Shown one piece after another: positions 35,349 to 46,273 of a stretch of DNA of 64,000 bases. Origin of the DNA: Chlorokybus atmophyticus (taxonomy: Eukaryota; Plantae; Mesostigma and Chlorokybus algae); contig RHPI01003079.1 of NCBI GenBank assembly GCA_009103225.1, positions 176,029 to 240,028 of the forward strand, given 5' to 3'. A program made the translations under genes and the position numbers. Numbering within the stretch: position 1 is the first letter of the stretch; every line of letters begins with the position of its first letter. Below the pieces are notes generated by a model. It made no database searches and was not told the DNA's origin. It saw only the letters and a program-made list of their open reading frames with translations.

Positions 35349-36736
35349 GCCTGCTCCTCACTTCAATTCGAGCAAACTCAGCTGATGGGCTGAATGCAAG
35401 TGAAAGATGCGTGTCTCCTTGCAAAAGGAAGGCAAGCTGACCCCAACTTGACTTGCAATCAGCCGTTTGCTTATGAAACTCAGTTCTCACCCATGCTCAT
35501 ACGGTGCATCAAGGTCGCAACAATGATACACACTCCTTCATGCAAGGCAACCAAGCAAGGCACACGCGCGCACACACGCAAGCACGCACACACGCGTACA
35601 CTCAGCCAAGAACCTCTTCCCGAAGGCTTTGCTTGCACTCCAGTGAGCCAACTTGCATTCAACCAACTGTAACACAAGCTAGCTAAGGCTTATATACCAC
35701 CGTTGAGTCCATGCCCAACCAACTCCTAAGCAACTCTTCAACTTGTAATGACTTACAGGCTGCACCAGCTGCATAACAGTCATTATGAGGCCGATAAGTG
35801 GTCGTAAATGGATAGCAATAGCTCCCCAAAGCTTATCCTCTTCAAGTACACACCAAGACGCATCTTTTAAGTCCATCCCCACGCCAAACCACCACTCCAA
35901 CTGTCAGCTACATCTGTTACAAGTGATGACTCCAAAACAGCTGCGCGGGATACCATACTAACTCCATTACGCCAAGAACTTTGTATCTGGCTATGTATCT
36001 GGCTATGTATACACCTCGAATATGCCTCCCACTCGTAAATGACGACCCAAACTCGAGTCCCAAGTGAAAACCTAACATTAAGCCTCTATACTAGCTCAGG
36101 GCTCCAAAGTCATAGGGCCCATGTATGCTGCTAGCCCCGACGGCACCATGCACATGACATTATATGCTCGCGCATGACACTCTCCCATGTCCTCAACCGG
36201 TTCGGCAGCTGCGCTGAGGTCATCACCGACCAGGGCACTGAGTTCAGAGGGGAGTTCGACACCCTGCTGGACAGATTCTACATCGATCATCGCCGCACTT
36301 CGCGTGACCACCCTCAAGCCGACGGTCTCGCCGAGCGGACAATACAGACCATCGAGAAGGCCCTCCGCAAGTACGTGCTGGAGTATGATAAGAACACCTG
36401 AGACGGCCACCTTCCGTGGGTGGCTCTTGGATACCGATTGTCAAGCAGGCGGCTCTGCGCGAGTACAGCCCGTACTACCTGCTGTTCGGGCGTCTGCCAT
36501 TGCTTCCCCTCCGTGCACAGCAGGAATTAGACCGCGTGGTGAACAACCTCGACAATCCTAACTAGATGCACCACGACATTACCACACGCGCCACGCTGTT
36601 CGAGCACACCGTCCTAATGGCCTTCAACAACCTGCGCATCGCACAGCACCGCGACACCCTGCGCTACAAGCGCATGCGGAGCGGTTTCTACAAGGAGCGC
36701 CAATGGCGGTTTCAAGCAGGGGACTTTGCCTAACGC

Positions 36737-37108
36737 ATGGCAGCCACCAAAGACACGCTCGACACCTCCGTGGGCCGCACTGTCTACAAGGTACTCAAGA
36801 TGTACCCCATAGGAGTGCTGGACCTCCTCGGTCAGAACGGCGAGAGGTTGAAAGGCAACATGGTGAACTGCGCGCCATGTCACCTTCCTTACATAGCAAG
36901 CTTCGCGCGCATCCAGCACCCTCGCCCCGCCCGCAGCACACGCTGTAAATGCTGCGGCAGCGCCGTCGACGACACACTGATGATGCTCTGCGATGGCTGT
37001 AACAAAAGCCTGCATTGCTACTGTCTAGAGCCCCCATTGGACGCAATACCCATGGAGGAGTTTTGGTGCGACGATTGCCGCACCAACGGTCCTCCTCACC
37101 TGCGTTAA
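36737..37108 (+). CDS. G1 integrase C-terminal region with a PHD finger (part of the decayed pol)
   Basis: CKCCGSAVDDTLMMLCDGCNKSLHCYCLEPPLDAIPMEEFWCDDC is a C4-H-C3 PHD with the conserved Trp. Confidence 0.93.
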   Translation: MAATKDTLDTSVGRTVYKVLKMYPIGVLDLLGQNGERLKGNMVNCAPCHLPYIASFARIQHPRPARSTRCKCCGSAVDDTLMMLCDGCNKSLHCYCLEPPLDAIPMEEFWCDDCRTNGPPHLR

Positions 37109-37391
37109 CAACTGAGCTCTGGAGCTGGAACCTCCTCAGAAGCTCAGGGGGGGTGGCTTGTTGACTGTGTGCTCTACAGCACAGCACGTACCCCAAGGAG
37201 GACACCGCCTCCGCATGTCCGTGTGACTCAGCGAAAGCGGAGCAGCTGCACCAAGCATTCCTTGCCACACGAGCTGGGTTATCTTTTACTTTTGCTACAT
37301 ATTATAATGTGTTGCAGCGACAGGGCTAGCAAGCATGTCTCCTGTAGCGGCCCGAAACAGTGTGACCCTCGACTCTCCTCGACCCGACAGC

Positions 37392-37592
37392 TGTCATGCC
37401 TACTGCCCACGCATACCAGCCTTCATCGAGCATGTCTACATCGAAACCATCGCCCGGCCTACCAGCATACCGACGCGCGCGCGTCACTGACCAGTAGCTA
37501 GGTCATGACTCCAGAGTAGCTCACGACCATAGCCTACATAGGCACCGCGCGTAGCTGTTCGTTGTGAGTTTAGTTATAAGTTGTGTTATATA
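37392..37592 (+). repeat. G1 3' LTR, left part
   Basis: Matches 16029-16229; homology stops exactly at the E2 TIR. Confidence 0.9.
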
Positions 37593-40500
37593 CACACGGC
37601 TTAACGTTGAAGGACCATGCATGGTGCATTCACGGACCCCGCGGACCATGCAGGATCCGTACCCCACGGGCCAGGACTGCCTGGTCCGCGGGGGACGGAC
37701 CGTTCCTGGTCCATTTGGGGCCCCGCGGCCCGTGCATGGCTGGCGCGGCGACATGGTCCGTGCCGCACCATCCATGGTGCGGCACGGACCAGCAATGTAT
37801 GCTGGCCCTTGAATGCGGACCAGGTGCGGTCCCGCAGTCCTGTGGCCCTACTAGCACGCACCGTACATAGTGCCGTACGGTCCGCGCCGCACTATGTACG
37901 GTGCAGCACAAACCCGTGACCGCGGCCCTGCCGCTATCATGAGTAGGTAGCAACAACCTACGTAAGGTACAATAGATTGCCTAAATGATTGCACAAGTGC
38001 ACTTAACAGTCGGATCGCCCGACGGGTTCTCATCAAGCAAAATGGGCCTGCAAGGTCCCCCGCGACTCGCTGTGTGTCAGCGTGAGTCGAGCTGGGACGC
38101 GGTGGCTGTGGCTTGTCTTGTCCGCTGGGATGTGCCGGTCATGTGCTCGTTATGTCATTATGCTGCGACGCGGATGTGACGAGCCGGTCGCATTGCGTGT
38201 CGGAGCTCTTCGGGGTCGGTCTGCGCTGACATTCCGTGCCGCTGGCTCTTTGGGAGTGCGACGTGCGGTGACATTCCGCGTTTCGCCGCGCTCGGTTAGC
38301 ATACTATGTCGCGATGAGTCGGTTAGTGTTCACGGGGACCGTTGTGAACTAAGCGCCAGATTCAAATCGTTTGAAAACGTTTCGGTTGCTCTCCATGTTG
38401 AATGGAGTGTTGTTCGTGGGGGGCGGTGGCGGCGGTGGCGGCGGCGGCGGCGGCGGCGGCGGGTTCTGGGTTGTGGGTCCAGAGACATGTCCACGACGCC
38501 TAGTGTTTGGTCCAACCGCCCAGAAGTGGGTGGTTGTGTGTCACCTGATGGCACTCAGCATGACGACCTGCACAGGCAGAGGGGCGATGGTGATGCAGTG
38601 GGTGGAGGTGATGAGCGGGAGCAAGAGCATACCTCGCCGCCGCCAGGGGGGACTGCTCGCAAGCGCAAGGAGCCTGGTGAAAGGGTGGAAAGCGAAAGGG
38701 CCGAGGGGAAGAAGAAGTCAGCGAAGTCTGCACGTGAGAATCAAAAGGCCCAAATCGAGATATTGCGCCGTGACCTCAAGATTGAGGAGGTGCTGGGCGC
38801 AGCCAGAGTGTACACTCTAGCTCTCACCAGCGGCAGGTGCTGGGAGGTGGCGCCGGAGGGTCTGCGTATGCTGCCGGTGAGCAGTCTGGTTGGTAGCATC
38901 CATGCGTCAATGTATGGTTGAGACGTTGTGGGGCTGTGTGCATAAGTGACTGGCCATTGAATGAACGCTGATAGCGTGATGTGGTGGTTAGGGACTGCAT
39001 CCTGCCAAGTTGGAGGTCTCTGTGTCGGCGGTTGCGCTGCTGAGCCCTCCTATCGCAGTCGGTGATGGCCGACTCTACCGCCCAACTGCATGCTGCTCGA
39101 GGCCCACATGTCAGGGATGTTGCTCATGGTTGGTGATTTAAACTTAATTCTTGACCCAACGCATGGTGATTGCGGGTAGAGTCAAAGGAGTAGCTGTGCG
39201 TGCCTAACTGCGTTGTCGTGTAGTCAGACGCATGTACGCCAGGCCCCGGTCTTTGATCAGGAGAATCAGTGCTATGTGGACCATGACGGCAACATGTTGC
39301 GGCCGACGAGACGCACTTCCAATGTTGGGCTGCAGCCACCTCGATAGCCCAACATCAACATGTCGCAGTTCGACTTCTGAACGCCGGCGGGCACGATGGG
39401 GACAGCCTGGAAGACTTACCCATCTGCGTCGGTGGGGGGTGCGTCCCTCAACTTTGGATAGTTCATGCGGTTATGTGAGAGCGAACAGAGTCAGAGTAGC
39501 CCGTTTGCATGCTGACTTTGGCTTAATCGAGAGATGATTGGCAATGCAACAGGGTGGCCATTGCATGACTGCTTGATGCATGTGCGCATTATCTGATGAG
39601 GTGTGTCCCGTGTGTTGTAGGGCGTGTTTTAGGACGTAGGTCGTGCGGAGGTGTGTGCAAAGCTGCATTGTCTCAGGTTGGTTGCCAGTGTGCATAAGTT
39701 CGAAACAGCATTGGGTACTCGGATGTGCGGGAATTCTGAGTGTACTGTCCAGTATTGTGTTGTGCTGTGCGTGTGCCTGAGTGTACTGTGCGTGTGCCTG
39801 AGTGTACTGTGCATGTGCTGGGGTGTATTGTACTGTACCATAAGCTATGCTGCTACATATGCTCATGCACAAAAAAATTTAAAGACCGATGTTTTTTGTG
39901 CCAGATTCAAGCTGACTTAGCGACGCAAATGGCACTGGTTGCTGAGCTGCAAGAGCAGCTGCTGCTGGCGGTGGAGTTGGTCAGTAAACAGTGTGGTCGG
40001 GCTGACGCAGCCGAGGAGGAGCTGAGGGTGTTGTCTGCAGCGAGGACTAAGGAGCGTGCTGAGCGAGCAGGTCATATTCAGCGACTGGAGGCTCGTTCCA
40101 GGGATCTGCATGCACAGCGCACGGCTGTGCAGATCGGCATAGATGCGGCTGAGGGGAGCATTGTCACGATGTGCTAACAGGTGGAGAAATTAACCCACGA
40201 ATGTCGCAGCCTACAAGGGAGTCTGGTGTCAGAGAGGCGCAGCGTTTCGGCATTGCAAGAGCGTGTGTTGGAGCTGGAGTCCTTGTGGGAGAGGTGCGAT
40301 GCTCGTGCCTCTGAAGCGCAGCGCCTGCGTGCCGTGGTGGACGTGCAGTATATGGTAGTAGCTGAGGAAGCGCAGCAGTTGCGAGCACGTGCTGAAGTTC
40401 TGGAGGCGCGCCTGCGCACCGCTGAAGGCGACAGCGCTGAACACCAAGCAAATCTCTGGGATAGGCTGCTAGAAACTCAAGACGCCACAGCGCATGCACA

Positions 40501-41919
40501 GTCGGAGGTAGAGAGGGTTACCGCCCTATTTAGGGAGGCTGAGAGCGGAGCAGAGCAACTTGGCGAGCTGGTCGATGAGCAGCGGCAGCTGCTCAATGTC
40601 AGTCAAGAGTCAGCGCATTAGAGTCACGGGTGCGGTCATCTGATGCGGCCACAAGTGAGTTGCTGGCGAGGCATACGGCAGACATGCAGCGTGCGTCAGT
40701 GGCGAGAGAGCAAGCGCTGGTAGCTCTTTCCAGGGGGGTGGCCGCTGGTGGAAAAAGACTCCGCGTGCAGCGTGAAGACTTTGGTCAGTTGCTGTCAACA
40801 GCGCAGCAGGACCTTCGTGCATCAGTTACGGAGCTGGAGGCTAAGAGAAAACTGCTGCTGCAGTCACACGAGGCAACGCGTCAGCTGCAAGTGCATGCGC
40901 AAGGGTTGGAGGAGGAACTGGCGGAGGGCAAATGTGCTATGGCAGACCTGCAATTTTGCTGCAGTGATCTGGAGAGCAGGAAGTGTGCCTTGGAGGACGA
41001 GTTGGCCACTTGCACAAGGGCGAGGGAGGTCTCAATGCGACTGCTGGACGCCGAAGTGTCAGCCAACGCGCAGCTGACGCAGCAGTGCAACGATCTGGAT
41101 GAGCAGCACAGGTGGAAGGACTCTAAACTTTTGGAGTGGGGGCAGCGGTGCAGCTGCCTGGAATCTGATATCGAGGAGCTGAAAGAGTGCCTCGCACAAC
41201 AGGCGCATCATCTTGAGCAGCAGGCTGAAGCATTGCGCAAGCACACAACCAGCAGCAACTCGGCAGAGCAGCAAGCGCAACGGGGGCAGCACGAGGATCA
41301 CCTCAGAAGAGTGGCAGCCAGCGCAGGGTCTGGACCTGTGCACAAGGCGTTGGTGGCGATAGCCAAGCAGTTGATGTCTCCCGACTGTGTGGTCAACCTC
41401 AACGTGATCTGCGAACAGCATGGAGTCAGAGATGTGCGCCAATTGTACAATGTGTTGAAGGACTAGCATGCACATGTAGTTGAGACAAGCATAGACACAC
41501 AGAGACAGAGCTACCGCCACCAGAGCATACACAAGTCACATCACATTCATCTATTACAAGTTGTCCACTGGTTCTTATACCAGCCAGTTACACACACGTC
41601 TACGTTTGCAAGCACTGCGTAAGCTATACTCAGCCTTTTAACGCGCTCTAAGCTGCGTTGTCTTCCTTACAACCAGAGCTTTCCAACAAGCTCTTACACG
41701 TCTAGTATGAGTAAGTATACGTGGAGATACAAAGCAGTTAGTAAGGCTCCAGTCTGGAGTCCGGAGTCTGGTCCGACGACGCCATCTTGCTAAGTCCGGA
41801 CCTAGTGCTCGTCCTTACGACCTTCTACTCCGGTGTGGAGGGTCGATGCTGATTGTATTTAGGAATGACTCTCAACACTCCCACGCGAGCAGCTTGACCT
41901 CCAACGCTTGCTCCTGTAG

Positions 41920-44900
41920 TCAAACACAGATGCCAAGTCCTGCGCAACAAGTCTTGAACTTGAGCGGTGACAATGGCTTTGTCATGAAGTCCGCCAGCAT
42001 GCCCTCAGTGTTGCAGTACTGAAACTCCACCTCCTTCCCTGTGACTCTGTCACGCACAAAGTGATGCATGACATCAATGTGCTTCGTCCTTGCTGAGGCG
42101 ATAGGGTGCTTCAACAACTTGATGGCTCCTTGGTTGTCACAGTTGATGACGATGCACGCCATGGGGTGCTCTAAGTCTGCCATGAGCTTGCGAAGCCAGA
42201 GTGCCTCCTTCACTGCTGCTGCCGCTGCCATGTACTCAGCCTCTGATGTAGATGCTGCTGTTGTTGGCTGCAGCCTGCTGTTCCAGCTCACCACGCCTCC
42301 GTCAGCTTGAAGACGTAGCCTGTATTGGACCTCTTGCTGTTGAGGTCACCAGCAAAGTCCGAGTCGCAGTAGCCCTCCAACTCAGTGCTCCCGCTCCCAA
42401 ACTTGATGCCAACTGTTGCGCTCCCAGCAACATAGCGTAGTACTCCCTTTGCTGCGCTCCAGTGCTCCATGCTCGGTGCAGACATGTAGCGAGCAAGTAC
42501 TCCCACAGCATGTGCAACATTGGGACGTGTGCACACTGCCAGATAGAGCATGCTGCCTACCAGCTCACCATATGGATACTGAGCCTTGTCGAGTACCTCC
42601 TCATCCTTTGCCTTGATGAGGGCAGTGCCAAGTGCCAACGGTGTGGTCTTGGTCTTCGCTTCAGTGAGCCCGAACTTGGTGACGAGTCTGTTCACTTTCT
42701 GCTCCTGACTGATCTTGATTGTGCGTGCAGCCTTGTCGCGCTCAATCACCATGCCAAGGAACCACTTGGCCTCTCCAAGATCACGAACTGAGAATGCTTG
42801 ATGTAGAGCAAGTTTCGTCTCCTGCAGGTGGTGCACCTGCAGGGCGGTGATGATGATATCATCAACATATACGAGTAGCCAGACCTTGTTGTCTGCATAG
42901 ATGAAGAGCTCAGGGTCTGCAGAGGACGCGGTGAGGCCAAGTGCCTCCAGCTCCTTGGTGAGCTTGATGTGCCACATACGCGGTGCCTGTCGCAGCCCGT
43001 ACAGTGCCTTGATCAGCTTGCACGCTGTGCCTCTCTCCCCTTCTTCATATCCAGGTGGTTGCTCGATGAAGATCTCCTCCTCCAGCTCTCCGTAGAGGAA
43101 GGCAGTCTTCACATCCAGGTGATGCAGCTCTAAGTCTTCAGCAGCAACCATAGCTAGCAGTGCACGGAAGGTGGTATGCTTACTTGCAGGTGCAAACCCT
43201 TCGTTGGAGTCCACACCTTCCTGCTGCAAGAAGCCCTTTGCCACCAGTCTTGCCTTGTAGCGCTCAACGTTGCCCTGATCATCACGCTTCACCTTGAAGA
43301 CCCATTTCACTGGAATGGTCTTCATTCCTTACGGTAACTGCTCCAGTGACCAAGTGTTGTTGGCATGGAGTGACGCAATCTCCTCGTCCATAGCACGCTG
43401 CCATTACTCCGCATCTGGTGCTAACAATGCCTCCTCGTAGGTGCTTGGCTCCTCATTCTGCACACTGGCAACGAGTGCCTTGTGTAAGAAGTCAGGTGCC
43501 TTTCTCTCCCTCACTGGGTATCTCCGAGCTGCGTGCTTCTGCTGCAGGTGCGGCTCCTTCTGGCCTGCTACAACTGAATCTCGCTCACCCTTGTCATTGA
43601 TGACTGCCTCGCCCTCAGCCTCCACTGTCTTAGGATGCTCCTGTGGCTGTACTTCATCGTCATCTCAAGGAAAGAAGCCTGCTTCTGGTTGTGGTAATCC
43701 CTCGTGGAAAGCCACCTCTCTGCTCACAATGATCTTCTGAGTGTCCTCGAGCAAGATCCTGTAAGCCTTGAAACCCGGTTCATAGCCAACGAAGATGCCC
43801 TTTTTGTTGACCGGCTCCAGCTTGTGCCTGAGCTGTTTAGGCACTAGTGCATATGCCGTGCATCCAAGCACACGCATACCACTCACATCTGGTGTGGCTC
43901 CATAGAAGTGCTCCCACGGAGTCTTCTGCTCTGAGCTCACCGGAGACCTGTTGCGGATGTAGTTGGCAGTGAGTACCGCCTCCTTCCACAAACTGTCTTC
44001 CATTCTTGTGTCGTTGAGCATGGCTCGAACACGCTCTAAGAGTGTCCTGTTGAGGCGTTCTGCTGCTCCATTCTGCTGCGGGGTGTAGGGTGCCGTTGTC
44101 TCGTGGCGTATGCCCTTGCTGGCGAAGAACTCCTTCAACTCCTTGTTGATGTACTCCCCTCCTCGATCACTCCTCATTGCCTTCATCTTGTTGCCAAACT
44201 GGGTCTCCAACAAGGCCACAACTGTGCGCACAGCTCTAGCAACTTCTGACTTCAGTGTCAACGGAAAGATGACGGATAGCTTGCTGCAGTCGTCGAGGAA
44301 TGTAGCAAAGTACCTGACCCCTCCCTTCGCCACAATGCGCATAGGGCCACAGACATCCATGTGCACAAGCTCGCAAGGATGCTGACTGCTAGAAGTGTTG
44401 AAGGTATTACATGGGTGATGCTTGTATCCGGTCAGCTTGCCCTTCATACAGGAGTCGAGGGTCGAAGGTACCAGGAAGAAGCGCGTGGACTCCAGACTTA
44501 GCAAGACGGTCGAGTCATGACGGACTCCGGACCAGGCTGCTTGGTAGAGCCTTGGGAGAAATCGCGTAGCTTCGTGGATATGTAAGCTTAGCAAGCGTGG
44601 CTTAACTTGTTGGAAAGCTCTGGTTGTGAGCTAGACAGCGTAGCTTACAGAACAGCAATCGGCTGAGTATAGCGCACGCGGTGCTTGCCAATGTAGACGT
44701 GTGTAGAGACTGGCGGGGTATAAAGCCCAGATTTGTTGCAATGAAGATAAGAGGTCACGATGTAGCATGTGTGCGGATGCTATGGCAGCAGTAGCAGTCA
44801 TGCTCTTGTGTTGATGTTGTTGGCGTGTCACTTGCACGTGTGTATGTCAACAAGAAGAGGATGATGGGAATGGCATAGCATGCTGCTTTGCAACCAGGCA

Positions 44901-46273
44901 TGGTTCACAAAGTGCACCTAATGCATTCTTGAGTTCTTCTGTGCTGAGATGGATGCCCTTGACCATCTTCTCAGCGACAAGGCGAGTGAGGTTGACGTAG
45001 CTGAGATGCCCGAACCTTCGATGCCACAATGTTGGCGACTCCTTGTCCTTCATCACCATGGCTTGAATGTCAATGTCCTGAGGGTGCTGCTCCACGTGAT
45101 AGAGCCCTCCCGGATCAGCGATTCCAACCATGTGCACGACCCCATCAAGGATGACTGTGCAGCCACCCTTCCGAAATAGGATCTCCGCGCCTAAGCGCTC
45201 CGCAACCCTCACAGAGAATAGACTCGCAATAGCCTTAGGGACATGCATAACGTTGCGTAACAACACCTCGCGTAGTGTGTTACCAACCTTGCACTGGAGT
45301 CGTACGTTGCCAACTCCCTCGGCCACCAGTACTTCACCACCAAAGCCCGCCACCTTGATTGTGGACGTCAGCTTCCTGTAGCCCTCCATCACCTCTTGAT
45401 TTGGTGTGAGATCGCAGCCAGAGTCCACCACCCAGAAAGCTGTGCCCGCCTTCGAACTGGATGCAGTAAAGGCGACATGTTTCTCCTTGTGTTGGTGCTC
45501 GCTGCCGCTGTTGCTGGTGCTTGCTCTACGTTGCCCCTGTTGTTTCTTCCTACAGTCCTTGACAATGTGCCCCAACCACACCAGTGGCATGTGAGGTCTT
45601 TGTGACGAGGATTGCCTGGCTTGTTGCCCTTGTACTCCTCTTCATGGTTGCTCTTCTTTGCGTGCTTGCCTGCGTAGAAGGCGACGGCATCCGCTTGCTC
45701 GTCCTTCTTCACAACCCTCTGCTCTACGGTGAGCAGCTTCGGTAGCACATCGTCCAACGTCAACTCCGATGATGACGTCTGCAGCAAGGTTGCGACGACC
45801 TCGTGCTCTGCTGGTAGCCCTGCAACAATGGCCAACACTACCGCCGTCTCCCCCATGTTGTGGCCGACGTTGATGAGGTCCGCCCACAACGCTCTCGCGC
45901 GCGCAGCATACTTTGTGATGGGTTCTGCTGCCTCCTTCCTGAGTGCGCTCAGCTGCTTGCGTAGCTGCAATTTTCTGGCGTTGTTCTTGGCTTTGAAAAC
46001 GGCTGATAGCTTTTCCCAAGCTTGTCTACCATCTTCACATGCAGTGAGCATGGGAAAGTGATGCGGTTTGCTGTTCAACACAAGCAAAGAGTGTGCTTCC
46101 GCTGAATGCTCTGACCACACAGTGTTCGCTCCTGGTGTTGGTGGTGGTGCCTTCGGATCAACGTACTTCCGCACCTTCTTATGGATGAGCAAGGCCTTCA
46201 TCTCCACGCACCATGTGTTGTAGTTGTCGGTGTCCAGCTTTGCAATCTGCCCCTTGTCGTAGGTCGCCTCCAT
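41920..46273 (-). pseudogene. C2 gag-pol in fragments (gag, PR, IN, RT, RH)
   Basis: ORF pieces 46273-45389, 45590-44847, 44395-43665, 43625-43404, 43325-42288, 42294-41920, each closely matching the C1 protein. Confidence 0.95.
44396..44852 (+). mobile_element. Solo LTR (family L3) inserted in C2
   Basis: TGTTGAAGGTATTAC...TGTCAACA; AGAAG TSD. Confidence 0.95.

Larger units (their letters stand above)
31210..36179 (-). mobile_element. G2: second DNMT-bearing Ty3/Gypsy, 3'-truncated within RT, inserted in the G1 integrase
   Basis: Ends TGTCATG ... CACGACA (element sense); CTCT duplication at 31206-31209 and 36180-36183; gag-CCHC-PR-DNMT-partial RT. Confidence 0.88.
30680..36740 (+). pseudogene. 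G1 integrase, split by G2 (30680-31209 and 36184-36740)
   Basis: HTELGHFG...CQQC zinc domain, LEHFFKWVELVPLP; resumes SHVLNRFG..VITDQGTEF..HPQADGLAERTIQT; frame restored if one CTCT copy and G2 are removed. Confidence 0.92.
16029..37592 (+). mobile_element. G1: decayed Ty3/Gypsy LTR retrotransposon with DNMT and PHD finger; 3' LTR interrupted by E2
   Basis: Direct repeats starting TGTCATGCC at 16029 and 37392, about 96% identical over 200 bp by eye; order gag-CCHC-PR-DNMT-RT-RH-IN-PHD. Confidence 0.9.

Noticed and set aside
38003-38026. A1 as piggyBac or Kolobok because of the TTAA TSD
   Set aside because: Its relative A2 has homologous TIRs but a CACC TSD, and the encoded protein has XPG + Cys8; TTAA is just this target site
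40181-41466. Host myosin/SMC-like coiled-coil gene
   Set aside because: Inside A1, with a positional counterpart in A2; no motor or ATPase motifs
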